64,000 nucleotides of DNA from Eledone cirrhosa (taxonomy: Eukaryota), in NCBI GenBank assembly GCA_964016885.1, contig OZ024742.1, positions 154,256,001 to 154,320,000 on the forward strand. The letters run 5' to 3'. Positions 29,792 through 43,853 of the stretch are shown in pieces. The notes beneath the pieces were generated by a model. That model saw nothing but the letters and a program-made list of their open reading frames with translations, searched no databases and was not told the origin of the DNA. A program made the position numbers and the translations under genes. How positions within the stretch are numbered: position 1 is the first letter of the stretch; every line of letters starts with the position of its first letter.

Positions 29792-30349
29792 ATGTGTATA
29801 TGTGTGTGTGTGTGTGTGCGTAGATATATGCGTATATTAATTCGTTAACCTCTGTATTACCTCTACAACTATTGAGCTTTGACAGTGGTCCCACTCATGT
29901 ATACTGTAGAAGATGAAGAGAAAGACTGTAAAAACTAGCTTATCTTTATAATTCAAAATTGATACACACTACGATACTTTTTGCCTTATGACAGCTGGTT
30001 TTCACGCCGTAACATTAGATACATTATATACCCCCCACCTAAGTAATGTCAGGGTCTCCTTAAATAGTTTATTGATAGCATTGTTGTAATTGTTGTTATT
30101 GTTCTAATTGAATGCCATACTACTCCATATAGTAGCCTGTATTTTCTTTTCTTGTCTTGCCTGTGTATTTTCTTCATTCTCGCATGCTCCGAAGATCTGA
30201 CTGGTTATAATTCTGTATTGGCGATCGAGTAACGTAAAATTAAGCGGATAGCGATCTCTAGACATACCAGTTCAGTGAAACAAATGTAAGCTATGTGATT
30301 AAACACTTTTTTGTATAGCAAACCATGTAAACCTTCTTTCCTGATTTAT
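28913..30349. repeat. ~1.44-kb essentially spacer-less palindrome with U4C HHR-like motifs (28965-29081 minus, 30181-30297 plus)
   Basis: Apex ...aattatgtcaaaa-tt-ttttgccataatt at 29634-29635. Motif: GCU CCGAAGA U-CUGACUGGU...ACCAGUUCAG-U GAAA CAAAUG UA AGC. Confidence 0.9.
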
Positions 30350-30399
30350 ATCTATATATATATATATATATACATTTGTGTGTGTATGTATGAGAATGT

Positions 30400-30960
30400 G
30401 TCTGTTGACACCTGGGATATAGCTTAAAAGAAATATGACAATAATGATATGATAGGCACCGAATATTTTGAACTGGCTTAAGAATTTTCCTGGCCTTTGT
30501 CACTCTAAGTAGAGCTTTAAAGAATTAGCTTTTAAAGAATTTCCCTTTTCTTTAAATCCATCAACCATTACCGACCACCAACCATCTTATAGACACCTGA
30601 AATATAGGCATTGTTAGCTGAAGACAAACTTAAAAATAAGGAGTGGCATCTCATTCTGAAATTGTTTATAGAATTCTTTCTGCTTCTGTCACTCTAAATA
30701 TAAATTATAGCCTTAAAGAATTAGCTTTTAATGAATTCCCTTTTCTTTCAACCAATGACCTCCACCCATCCCACTCCCCACCCTCTCCTACGACCTGAAA
30801 ATATATAAATACCACAACATTTACTTTTGGAAAGCCAGATTCCTGATGATTTCTAAAGTATGAAATAGTTCTAGTCCAGTAGAATCTCATCTATATTAAA
30901 ACTATTATACTCTGCTATGTATTGAGTACATTAGTTACTGTGTTAACCTACGATTCAACC
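30400..30960 (+). mobile_element. HHR-bearing pLTR-like element (HHR 30837-30887)
   Basis: Homologue of 10895-11460. AGAUUC CUGAUGA...GAAA...UA GAAUCU. Confidence 0.7.
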
Positions 30961-30999
30961 CGGAATAACTTACCTATATATATATATATATAAATGTAT

Positions 31000-31420
31000 A
31001 TATAGTGTATTTTGAAATAGACTGTATGCTTCATTAAAAGCATTTTGCAGACCACACGCTATTGTTTTAATCTAGCGACATTGTCGCTTACTTTAATTTT
31101 CGGCAGACAGGGGGAGATAAGTTGACAGCGCTGTTTCGTACTATTTGTTACTTGTCAAAACTCACTACTCTCCCCATCTCCCGAAAATTATGTTTGTTGG
31201 ATTCTTATAGAATCTCAGTAACAATCAGGAACTGATTTTACAGATCGGTTGCCGGCACAGCAGAAATTGAAAATTAAGAATTAGTGCTCTGAAATAGCGA
31301 TATATAAATGAATCTCCACGAAAACTTAAGTAAGCGACAATGTCGCTACTTTAAAACAATAGCGTAAGGTCTTCAACATGCTTTTAATTAAGCAGTGTAT
31401 TGCGAAATACACTATATATA
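31000..31420. repeat. Diverged inverted repeat (~100-bp arms, ~215-bp spacer): MITE or old fold-back PLE
   Basis: tatagtgtattt...tagcgacattgtcgcttac...ttttcg versus cgaaaa...gtaagcgacaatgtcgcta...aaatacactata. Confidence 0.65.
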
Positions 31421-31460
31421 CATTCATATATATATTGGTATTTCAGAGCACAAATTCTAA

Positions 31461-31539
<79 letters not shown>

Positions 31540-32060
31540 AGTCATTCCTCTCTCTATATAATCACACATACGATCTCTGTTTCTCGCTCTAGCAACTTTA
31601 TGAAATCAAAGAACAACAACATACACACATACACACACATACACATCAGCGTGTTGAAAACAATCCAAATCGCTTCATCTTTCTCTTTCACTCTCTCTAT
31701 AGTATACATATACCGGAAGTATTGAAATTTATGTTTAATGATGTGTTACGAATTTTAGTAGATAACTTATGTAATATTCATTCATCATATATTCAAAGTA
31801 ATGCAACTTATTTTACAAACGGGATAAAAATGATATTCTGGATGCAGTCCCGCGCTCCTTGCTTTATTATAGTTTAGACTAGCAGATTGGCCCGGTGTTG
31901 CTCGAGATTTGTTCTAGGGTTGTTATATATTTGTTATATAGTTATCTTTATCGAGCCTCGTGAAATAAATACGTTTGTTTATATTTTGTTATTGTGTATG
32001 GAAAAATATCTGTACACGAATATATATATCTATATCTCTATATATATATTTTGTTATTGC

Positions 32061-32112
<52 letters not shown>

Positions 32113-32117
<5 letters not shown>

Positions 32118-32202
32118 TAGCTAGCTTATCGATAGTTTATCCTTATCGAGCCTCGTGAAATAAATACGTTTATTTATATTTTGTTATTGCGTATATATAT
32201 AT

Positions 32203-32235
<33 letters not shown>

Positions 32236-32312
32236 CGCAATAACAAAATATAAATAAACGTATTTATTTCACGAGGCTCGATAAGGATAAACTATCGATA
32301 AGCTAGCTATGC
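32113..32312. repeat. Tail-to-tail palindrome (~80-bp arms) around a (TA)n core
   Basis: gcatagctagcttatcgatag...ttattgcg-(TA)n-cgcaataa...ctatcgataagctagctatgc. A partial direct copy lies at 31935-31995. Confidence 0.85.
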
Positions 32313-33127
32313 AATTTTTTTGCATGATATACCATACTTAATTAATTTGCCAAAATCTGGGGTTTATTCCCTTGTAAATTACGCATGTGCTTTTACAAAG
32401 TTGGTGCAGAGCAAAATACCTGTTGATAACGTGATATTATTGTTCGATCAGTATATTAAAAGCTTATCGTTTGAAGCAGACAGTATTATTGATTTAGATG
32501 TCATAGAAAATCTGCATTTGGATTTTACCATCAATTCCATTGGGTCCAGGTCTGTTTTTATCATTTATTTTGTTTGACCTCTTTAGCTTGAAATGTTTTT
32601 TAGCTTAGGTGGTTAATGCCTTCTATCCACTTTTTCACTTTGTATGGCGTTTTAACATATTGTTTAGCTCTATTTTTGTTTTAACTATTGGTGTGCTTGC
32701 CAGCATAACTAACATTTTGCGTTTCGTTTCGCGTTTTCTACCCGCCGAAATACGATTCTCGCTGAATTTATATTTGTATTATCTCACGAGTCTTACAATT
32801 AACATATTAATAATTCTATTGATACATTAATTGCATAAGTATATTTTAATAACTACTCGGTTGAGTGTTTATTGGATTTGTGCTATCTATGCAATTTTCT
32901 GCATGATATACACATACTGATTTCATTTCCAAAAATGTAAATATTACGAAAAACATTGCAACCGAAGGAAAACAGGTAGACGATACTTTGGTTCGTGAAG
33001 ATGTTCGCTGGCATAAGAATATATATATACATATACACACACACTATATATACATATACACACACGCACACTGATCGCGTCGTAATGACGTAATGCAGAC
33101 AGACAGGCATACGGACACATATTATAA

Positions 33128-33262
33128 GGGTGGCTGGATTATGGTCTGATTACAAATCCCGCCAAGGTTAACTTCGCCTTTCATCCTTACTGGGTCGATA
33201 AAATAAAGTACCAGTAATGTACTGGTAATTACTGGCCTTGTGCCAAAAGTAGAAAGAATTAT
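33128..33262 (+). mobile_element. SINE with internal deletion
   Basis: aaatcccgccaaggttaacttcgcctttcatcc...ggccttgtgccaaaagtagaaag. Confidence 0.8.
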
Positions 33263-33942
33263 AATGGCGCGACTTTAAATCCATGTATCTATCTAAAAAG
33301 AGAAAGACTAAGAATTATTGAAAGAGATCGCTAAATCGCCTAATGCATTGCGTAGAGCATTGAAAATTTGAAATATTTTTTGCTCAAAGCACGCGCTGGA
33401 CCATAAGTTTTACATGTGTAAAGTTTGAAAAAACTCGGTTAGGTGGTTCTTGAGTTTTAGTGATTGGACGGACAGACACTCATACTTTCTCTGTTTTAGT
33501 AATATAGATTATATTTGTTAGTGTTTTCGTTTAAAAAAAAGGAGTTAATAAATAAATAAAACGTATACTTGTTTTACCTTCCCATTTCCAAATAAACCGA
33601 CCGCTATCATGAAAGTATGTGTGTGTTTGTGTAAATGTATGTGTGAATGTATGTATGTTTGTGTGAAAATATGTGAATCAATGAATGTTTGTGTGAATGT
33701 ATGTATATCTGTGGTAAAGTATCTATGTTTGTGTGCATGTAGGTATATTTATGTGAAAGTGTGTGTATTTGTGTGAATTATGTCCGTGAGAGTGTATTTT
33801 TATAAGTTTGTGTTAGCGCGATTATAGTTATATACTCATAATAGCTATACACTCATACATATTGATGTATGTATGTGCACAATCATACACGTCAGGTGCA
33901 GAAAATCATAATCTCTCTATCTCTCTCATTAGAACCTCTCTC

Positions 33943-34044
<102 letters not shown>

Positions 34045-34671
34045 ATAAATTTAATTAGACAATTATATTGCTTCAATAATTGTTTATGTTTGTTTGATAA
34101 CTTCTAGTTGAGTGCTTAATTCGGTTTGTGTAAGGGAGTTTTACTCCTTTGTACCAAATTTTGAATTGACTGCCAAAACCGGGGGTTACCTCCCTTTGGG
34201 AAAACCATGTGTCTTATAGCGGTGCTTACTGCTAGAACGCACACCCGCGAGGACAAGAACGAAAAATTTGTTGACGAAGGAAACTCCTTTGTTCTGTCGT
34301 CAAAAACCATTAACTTGCAGACCCTTGCAAGTGGATTTTATCGATTTCGAATTTACAGAAAACTAGCGGAGATGTTATATATTATATGTGATGTATATTG
34401 TATGGTATATATTATGTGTTGTGTATGATATTAACGCGATGGTCCAGGTCAGTCAAACACTTTGCCTGAGTTCGGTTTCTTCGTCGCTATGGTCACTGCG
34501 GCCCGTCTATCGGTCGCTGTATTGGATTTGAAAAGCTGTCTAAACGTAATGTTATAACACTAGGGTAATATTCTCTATTGAGTGCTTAGATGCACACCGA
34601 AACTGCATTTGTTAGCTTGGCTGCAGCCAAAAGCTTCGTTGATGGTGTGCTAAAATGTGTATGTATATATA

Positions 34672-36009
34672 GTAATAATAATAAATTTGAAGACTAAAAT
34701 CCAAAGAGGGCTGGATAAGGATAAATATATATCAAATATATAAGAACCGTAGAGCAAATATTTATTAAAATAACAGATTAGAGATTAAGCAGAGAATCGC
34801 TGCTTTCACCCTTAACGGGATCTTCTGAAACTAACAAGGTCAATCTGTGAACGCAGGAGAGAATACTTCAAAAAACGTTCCTCGGAATGGATAAGGTAGC
34901 ATATACAGAGTACGAGAATAGACCTTGAAGAAATAGATTCCGACACATTATATGGTATAACCCATCATATAATATGGAGGTGGCCACACCATTACCTAAT
35001 CTCTTTCTCTCCATTATTATGAAGCATTTCCCCCTACACATAAATATAGTAACATTTTTAATAGAAATACTATTAAAATTTCTCACTCTACGACTCCTAA
35101 CCTTGCACATAACATCACAGCTTCACATTTAGCTAAACTACCTAGCCGTGGGAATACGTGCAACCATGTAGTTAGTACTAACTGTAATTGTAGGAATAGG
35201 GTTGACTGCCCCCTATCCGGGAAATGTCTCTCTAGTAACATTGTCTACAAATGTAAGGTTGAAACACCCACGTCCCGTAGGGCCTACATAGAGTTTACCG
35301 TCAATAGATTCAAGTAGCGTATTTTCATGCATACACATTCTTTTCGTTAGGCTTTAAGAAGTAATATGACGTCACTTTCAGCTTATATCTGGAGTCTAAA
35401 AGACAACCACACCCAATATATGTTACACTGGGAGATCCTAGCTAGGGCTAGATCGTATAACGAAATAAAAGACCTTGTGACCTCTGCGCCGCTGAGGCCC
35501 TGGAAATACTCTACGACAAAGTCCACATCTTAAACAAAAAATCTTAGGCAAGTTCGGCTTGTAAACGTAAATTGCACAAAACTTTCCTGTATTACAGCCC
35601 CACATTATAGCCTAACGGATAGTACGACCTATACGCGGATATTTTACGTCTTGATGTGGTAGCTAGGTATATGTTATGTTTATACCATTACTTATTTGTA
35701 TAGGTAAGTATATATTACCTGTATATTTTCTGAAGGTACGTATAATTTCTCGTATGTATATTTGCTTGTATATGTTATGGTGTATATATTATATATTCTG
35801 GTACATATGCTTTTGGTTATGTGTGTACGTGAGTTCTGCGTTTGTGTGAGCATGCGAGGTCGTACGTATGTAGGGGTGTGTAAATGTGTAATTTGTGTTT
35901 TGGTTGACGTATGTCTCCGAATATATGTGTATTTACATGTAGGTATGTGTGTGCGCTTGTTATATGCGTATTTATTTATTTATATACGTTTATTTAATTA
36001 TATGTATAT

Positions 36010-36099
<90 letters not shown>

Positions 36100-36800
36100 A
36101 TATACATTTTTTTAATATGCATTTTAAAGTGTACTTGGTGTATACATTCGTATGCGTGCGGGTACAGGCGTTGCGTGGGTTTGGTAAGTGCGTGAGGGTT
36201 TTTCTTTTGTGTACGTGCGTGTATTTTTTTACCTATGGCGAGTGTTTTCGCGTATGCTTGTGTATGTACGTTTATGGATGCGTGTATGTATTTATTTAAT
36301 TTCAATTACTTCTGTATTTTATTTACTTTATTCTTAACTCTGAAGCCGAGAATCCTTCGGTTTCCTAGTTAGAATTCTTGTCTACGAGTTCAGTTATACC
36401 ATTTATGTGGTTTTGTATTTGCGTGCAATTGTTCTCCCCGCTCCACATATGACGCATTTTCTCCGTTTTTGTCCGTTCATTGCCAGAGAACGTCTCCATG
36501 AACCACCCAATAGAATATTAGTCTACGACTTCTTTTATACCATAAACGTGGTTTTGTGTTGGTGTGTAATTGCTTTTCAACGCTCCAAATAATGACGTAT
36601 TATATTCGTGTTTTCCCGTTCTTTGCCAGGGAACGTTTCCACGAACCAAAAGATCGTCTTGCTGTCTTCCTCTGGTTGCAACGTTTTTTGAAATATTCAC
36701 TTCTGCGTTCACAGATTGACTTTGTTAGTTTCAGAAGATCCCGTTAAGGGTGAAAACAGCGATTATTTGCTTAAACTTTAACTTGTTATTTTTATAAATA
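34672..36800 (+). mobile_element. Naiad-type PLE: inverted 5' pLTR (34672-34880), linker/GIY-YIG relic (34880-35620), 3' pLTR (~36400-36800)
   Basis: Homologous to 49360-50160 (WYNPSY, CNCRNRVDCPLSGKC, YI..T). pLTR copies in opposite orientation, with HHR-like motifs at 34782-34832 (minus) and 36727-36777 (plus). Confidence 0.85.
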
Positions 36801-36801
36801 A

Positions 36802-36833
<32 letters not shown>

Positions 36834-37264
36834 ATAAATAAATAAATATATATATATATATTGAAACGTTAATCCGTTTTAAAACATAAAAGACAATTAA
36901 TGTAGAAATGTCCATATATCAATTAGTGAAAGTTCTCTCTTACAGGATTAGTTTCGTTTCGTGTTGGGCATGAGGCAACCGTCATCCGGTGACTCATGAT
37001 GAAATATGAAATGAGACGTTTAGAAGACATTTTAGTCGATCGGGATAAATGAGGAGAATGGATGTGGGATAAATATATTATTGAATTGTTTGGATGTTAG
37101 GAAAATATGTTGTGAAATTATGTAGAAGATTCATAGGAATAAAGTACATTTTCTATTCCGCGTTTACACAATTATCTGCCTAGAAACCCGAGAGAACTTG
37201 AACTCAAGTGTCATCTATCTGATACATTTACTACAGGGCTATTTCAAATACAGACGCACACTCA

Positions 37265-37338
<74 letters not shown>

Positions 37339-37347
37339 CGCATATAT

Positions 37348-37452
<105 letters not shown>

Positions 37453-37620
37453 CATAAATATATAATTGCATACATACTTACACTTTTCCAATTCCATTTC
37501 CTTATATAAATGTATATATATATATGTTTGCGTATGTGTGTGCGTATGTGTGCTTATGTAGGTGTGACGGTGTTCGTGTGTGTATGTGTGTTCGTGTGTG
37601 TGTGTGTGTGTGTGCGTGTG

Positions 37621-37694
<74 letters not shown>

Positions 37695-38954
37695 TGCGTT
37701 ATTCTGTTTGTGTATGTGAAGAAAGTAGTTAGGTACGTTAGATGAAAGGCTATTCTACACAGGAAAACAAAGCTGGCACGTCTACACGATTGAAAAGCAA
37801 GTTGCTGAAATTTGTTGAAGTTGACATTAAGCCTTTGCTCTAAATTGAGAAATGACACCCGAATTACAGAGTGTTTCGTGTTTTAATGAGATTTCTCAAA
37901 AGAAAATAAACGGTGCTGACGTTCATTGTATCACTGCGAACTTTGAGCGGATTTCACTTCACGATTGAGTGAATTACCACCATAAAAACATCAATTCTGA
38001 AATGAAGTCTACTATTTAAGGAAATTACTTATCATTGCTAAGTATAAAACTAAATACAAGTAGAAAAGTTAAAAGTTTATGGTTAGTGACTACAAGGATT
38101 GCTTGCTTAGTTGCTATATGCGATTTGAGTGCTTCTTGACGCATCGGTCATCAGTGTGTGATGATGTCTGCTCCAAGAATTTGTACTTAAAATTGAGAAT
38201 GAAAGAGTTGAAAAACATGACACAAAGTGTCAATGACTTCGCTAATGGAGTTCCATTATTTTATTGGCATTCCTCAAGCAGTGAACCATTCACATTTTCC
38301 CCGAAGCTGCAAATAATCGATAGAAATAGTTGAGAAGAATATATAATAAACGCATCTCGGTAAATGGTAAAACTAATTTTGATGTTTATTTTTATATAAT
38401 AATCAATGGTGTATAAGTTGGTACTTTTACATATTTTAATATCTTCAAAAAATAAACTGATATATACCTATAATCTTCTTCAATGATATTTCTTAATAAT
38501 AGTTGTATCTCACATTTTGAGAAAGACGTCTGATTTCTGGTCACAATACATAGTGAGTTCAATTTCTGTCAAGGTCTACTTTGCCTTCCACCCTTTCTTG
38601 GTCGATAAACGATCAACCAGTTCAGTACCGGCGACGGTTGTTTCTCTCGAACAAATTCTCTAAAGTTGGACCAGGATTAAAATACCAGACTCGTTGTGTG
38701 ACGGGTGATTTGTCTTACGACTACACCAGGGTTTAAATGGGCCCTTTCCAACAACGTCCCTCATATGTTCGGGCAACACAGGACCATGATATCGTTTCAA
38801 TTCTAGCTGAAGCGAGATATATTTAGATTCCCCAATGATTCTTTTTATATATCTTCATATAAAGCACTACTGTAACCAAACCTTAAATACAGCAACACAT
38901 ACATGCATGTATTGTTGTATGTATACAAACACACATGCGCGTCGCACACGCACG

Positions 38955-39067
<113 letters not shown>

Positions 39068-40514
39068 GTTTCTACTTTAGGCACAAGGCCAGCAATTACC
39101 CAGTGCATTACTGGTACTTTATATTAATATATAATATTAATTAATTAGCACCCTCGTATTTATATTTAATGTATGAGTTGGTTTATTTTTGTTTGTGTAT
39201 AGAAATGCGAATGATAACAATCAAATTTTTGAAGCTAATTTAAGACGATTTGGCAGTGTAATAACATTTCACATCTTATAAATATGAGTTCAGGTGAGGT
39301 AAGCAAATACATGAGCTATACACCTACAATGGCGTATAGCCACGTTTTCTTTGGCCAAATCCGATTTCAAATCAGACTAAGCAGTACCAGAAATAGTAAG
39401 TTTCGGCAATAACATTGATAATTGCAATTTCATACATTCAAATCAAATATATGTATATGTATATATATGAAGGGGAAGGGGTGGTGTAAGGAGAACATAT
39501 ATAATCATATGCTTAAATAAGCTTGTTTTGCAAATACCTAGTTCCGTGTTCGACCCCTCTGCTAAGCAGAACCTACTGTGGTTGACCGATACCTTATGAG
39601 TGGAATTTGTTTGAAGTAAAATGTGCTGAAAACTGTTCTATATATACTTATATTTAGCCAAAATAAAAAGCTTTAATTCATATAATTACGATTGTTTCTA
39701 ACAGGCACAGAAATGGGAATAAATAATTCTAAATCATAGTATCAAACCTCAAACGACTGTGTAAAATCATTGCATCTACAATAATTGCATGTACAATTAT
39801 ATCCACCAGAAACAGAAACGTTTGGCAAAATTATTAAAATTCTAAAAGGAAATAATTATAGTACACATCTATTCATAATATTATTCTTCAGATTCAGATT
39901 TATATCCACAAGTAGCACACTAATCATAAAAAAAATGAATATGATCTTCAACGACAATAAAATGGCCAATTGAATATTTCTACCAACTAAATACACCTCA
40001 ACATATTTTGACAATGTTCACTGCAATACTTATTACTGAATATTACCTTTAGATATAACACAAACATCCAAGGATCACACCAACAACTCAGAACATCAAA
40101 AACAATATACTGTCACACATAACAGAATGAGAATTCCACACAAACACATACACAAATCTGAATACTAGGATTTGTAATCTGACGCTACTCACCACTAAGA
40201 GTCGACATAAAAGACACAGCAAATCCTCCCATATGGTGCACTAACAAATTTAGAGCGTCTGAGATACAATATTTTATGAATAGAATGAAACAACAATGGC
40301 ATAAATGCTATAAAGTAGTCTCATTATTATAAAGTACAAAAATAAAAAATATACGAGTTAAATCAAATGAACTAACTGTTGTGTAACCACTTTTACCAAA
40401 CTCGTCCCATGGACTGAGTGCTCTACCACTACGGATATTACCTTCCAGTGTTCTACCTCTCTCGCTCTGTACACACACACACACATATATATATATAAAA
40501 ACATCTACCAATAA

Positions 40515-40690
40515 TAGTTTCTACTATAGGCACATGGCTAGCATATTTAGTGCATTACTGGTGCTTTATTGTATCGACCGCGTAAGTATGAAAGGCAAAG
40601 CTAACCTCGGTGGTATTTAAACTCAGAACGTAATGGGCCGTAAAACTATGCAGTAAAGCATGGTGTCCGACGCGCCAACGATGATGCCAA
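40515..40690 (-). mobile_element. SINE (further fragments at 38550-38630, 39066-39125, 40710-40850, 46500-46700)
   Basis: gtttctactataggcac...atgaaaggcaaag...aaactcaga...gcatggtgtccgac. Confidence 0.7.
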
Positions 40691-41221
40691 ACGCTAAGCG
40701 TGGCCCCAATTCAACAGCCTGGACGGCTACGCTATTCGATCAACGCTGAATGAATGAAAGTCAATGTTAGCCTCTATGAGATATAAAATCAGAACCCCGA
40801 ATGCCAGATCAAATAAAAAAAAAGTACTTTTTTTTACGCTCTAACAATTATGTCATTTTGAGGAAACCTATTGTAAATTCTAAGATCCAATGGCTATCTG
40901 CAATGACTGAAAGTTGTAACGAATGAAGGATTCTACATAACACGGAAAGAAAAATATTTCCATGCGTACGAATGAAATAAAATTAAAAAATTTCATTAAT
41001 AAACCCAGTATATTTATAAGTTAAATTTGATTAGCTAATTATATCCACCTCGTTCCAAATCTTAAATAACATTACACCACTTATAACAATAAAACTGAAA
41101 TAAATTTCACACGCTCAAACAGACACAAAGTACACACAGATGCAGAGTTACATACACACAAACAGACACACATAAACAGACTCAAACACTTACAAATATA
41201 TCCATATTCTATCTATCTAGT

Positions 41222-41254
<33 letters not shown>

Positions 41255-41399
41255 TTCTCTCTTTCTCTCTCTGTCTCTCTGTCTCTCTCTCGTTCTCTCT
41301 CTCTATATATATATATATGTACATATGTGGGTGTGTGTTAGTGTGTTTTATAAAAGTGTACACTTAAAATATTTTACTCTCTGCCCATATATGGATTGT

Positions 41400-41495
41400 A
41401 CCCCTTGATAAGTTCAGCTAGATTGCCACCGTTCGAATACTGGCGCTTTAGTTCGGATCTAGCTGTCGAAACGGCCGGAGCTCAGCCATCGGGGT
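41400..41495 (+). ncRNA. Hammerhead ribozyme, U3-A8 variant, in a solo pLTR
   Basis: ACCCC UUGAUAA GUUCAGCUAGAU...AUCUAGCUGUC GAAA CGGC..GCCA UC GGGGU. Same family as 58154-58249. Confidence 0.7.
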
Positions 41496-41669
41496 CCTGA
41501 ATCTGTTCATATTACCCTCTCTACTAGCCCAAGTATCGAGTAATCTGGTGGCTTATGATCGACCAGGTATTTTACCACACTCTAACTTATATATATATAA
41601 ATAATATTTTCAAGCAAACAATGCAGTGAAGCTGCAAATAATATACACAGAAGTAACATACTCTTCAAG

Positions 41670-43450
41670 ACATGCCTTTAAGTCTTTACGCCGGGATCAT
41701 CTTCTCCAGGCCTGCCTCAGCCGAGGCCCCTCTGATACCCGCTGGCCAACCTGTCATGTGTAGCCCCGAGCATGCTCCTAGCTGCTGATACGATCATACC
41801 CTCGACCCTTTGGGACCCCTCCTGTTCGTCCTTAGTATTGACCACATCGCCCGGAGTATCACGGCCCCTCTCAACGTTTGGTATCTGGATGATGATACGT
41901 CGGGCGGGCCCGTACGGACGGTCAGCCAAGACCTTCAATCGGTGATTCTGCCCTGGCGGGAATCGACCTCCAGGTCAACTCGGCCAAGTAGGAGGTGGTG
42001 AACGTCAACCTCGGTAGTGCGAGCTTTGCAGCCTCAGTCTTGGACGCGCGGTCCTTTCTCCGCCAGGTTCAGTTGACCCCAAAGAGGATGTCCTCATCCT
42101 CGGGTCACCGATCCACCCGCCGGCCATCCGCTCCATCATTAGGTCCAGGCTTCAAAAGATCCAGACTCTCACGAGCCGACTGGGCTTGATTGACGGCCAC
42201 CCATCTCTCTTTCTGCTGAGGAACTGCTTCGCCATGCCGAATCTCCTCTATACACTCCGCAGCGCTCCATGCTACACACAGCCATCTCTCCTCGCTGACC
42301 TCGATACTTGTATCCGAACAGCAGCCGAGGGGATATGCAACATCAAGTTTGACGACATAGTGTGGCAACAGGCCACTTTACCGGTCAGGTATGGCGGCCT
42401 AGGCTTCCGGTCCCCGATCTCACTAGCTTTGCCGGCGTATCTTTCGTCGGTAACCTCGTGCCTCCTCTTCGTCAGCAGGGTTCTTCAAAAAACAACAGAA
42501 CCCTCTGTGTTCAGAGAACGTGAGGCCGCCTGTGAAACGTGGGACCGGCTGGGACTTAGCCCAGTAGACGTCCCTCCTCCTTCTTCCCCTGTTGACGTCA
42601 AGTCCCCCAAACGCACTTGCGATGCCATCCAGTGCAGCTTGGCCTCAGGCAGGCTCACGCGTCAGCTCGAGCAGCACCGCCTTGCTTGTTTTCGTCCGGC
42701 CTCCAAACCCCACAGTGGTGCATGGCTCCATGTTCTGCCCTCCTTCTCCACTGGCACGCAGCTAGACAAGCATAACCTGCGAATCGGCGTTTCTCTGAGG
42801 CTCGGCCTCCGGATCTGCCAGCCACACCAATGTCGCGGCGGTTCCACCGTGGACTCATTCGGCTTCCACGCGCTTTCCTGTCGCCACAGTGCCGGCCGCA
42901 TTCCACGCCATACTGCCCTCAACGAGGTCATTAAGCATAGCTTGGACGCTGCATGCTTCCCTTCCCAGCTCGAGCCGGTGGGGCTGGATCGAGGGGACGG
43001 CAAAAGGCCAGATGGCATGACCATCTTCCCGTTCCGCGGTGGCAAACCCCTCGTCTGGGATGCCACTTGCACCGACACTTTCTGCAGCCGCAACCTGGTG
43101 CAGTCTGCGACTGATCCAGGTTCTGCTGCACGTCGGGCTGAGGGTGCCAAACCCCTCAAATACCGGTCGCTCTCCGACAGGTTTGCGGTCGTTCCCCTGG
43201 CAGTGGAAACTTCTGGTGTCCTCGGCTCCAGGGCTACCTCCTTACTCACCACCATAGGCGCTGAGCTGGCCAGCCGCAGGTGTGAGCCCCGCGAGTTGGA
43301 GTGGCTTTTCCAGCGCGTCTCCATTGCCGTCTTCCGTGGAAACGCCTTCTCCATTCTGTCCGCCGGGGCTGTGAGTGGGCACCCATCGCGTACCAATACA
43401 TTAGTTAAATACCATTCTTTCATCGTTATATAGTAGTTATAGTATTTAAC
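41670..43450 (+). mobile_element. CRE-like non-LTR retrotransposon (RT + Zn knuckle + restriction-like endonuclease), 5'-truncated
   Basis: RT motifs AFKSLRRD, DPLGPLLF and WYLDD. Also GGLG, GAWL, C..G.HALSC, RH..LN, DGKRPDG, WDAT and KY...PLAVETSG in the 415-aa ORF. Confidence 0.88.
42186..43433 (+). pseudogene. C-terminal RT thumb / RLE open frame of the CRE-like element
   Basis: 415 uninterrupted codons with the PD..D RLE motif. The upstream RT core is frameshifted and deleted. Confidence 0.85.
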
Positions 43451-43787
43451 TGGAAAGATAAAATTCATTTATGAAAGAAATAATATTCGCAAATATCTGT
43501 TCACGATTTACCTATTAGAATATTAGTCTACGACTTCATTTATGACGTAGATGTCTTTATATATACACCACCGTCCCCTATTTAAGAAATCTATCTGTCA
43601 GCTGCAAGGTGTACGTTTTGTAAGTATTATTATGTACCTTTGCTTTTGTTTGTTTTACGTATGCGTGAATACAAGTGTATGTGTTTCATCAGTGTTTCTT
43701 TGTATAATTGTGTAAGTACATTGTTTTGTGCAAAAATGCGTATGTGCATGCATTTCTGTGTGCGTCTGTATATATACTTGTCTACGT

Positions 43788-43853
<66 letters not shown>

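Larger units (their letters stand above)
31879..33508 (-). mobile_element. Non-autonomous Helitron with nested insertions
   Basis: Minus-strand 5' A|TCTATATTACTAAAACAG at 33508. 3' hairpin cgagcaacaccgggcc then CTAG|T at 31882-31879. Confidence 0.7.

Noticed and set aside
42662-43468. 268-aa antisense ORF over the CRE-like element
   Set aside because: Expected shadow ORF of GC-rich coding DNA; no recognisable motifs.
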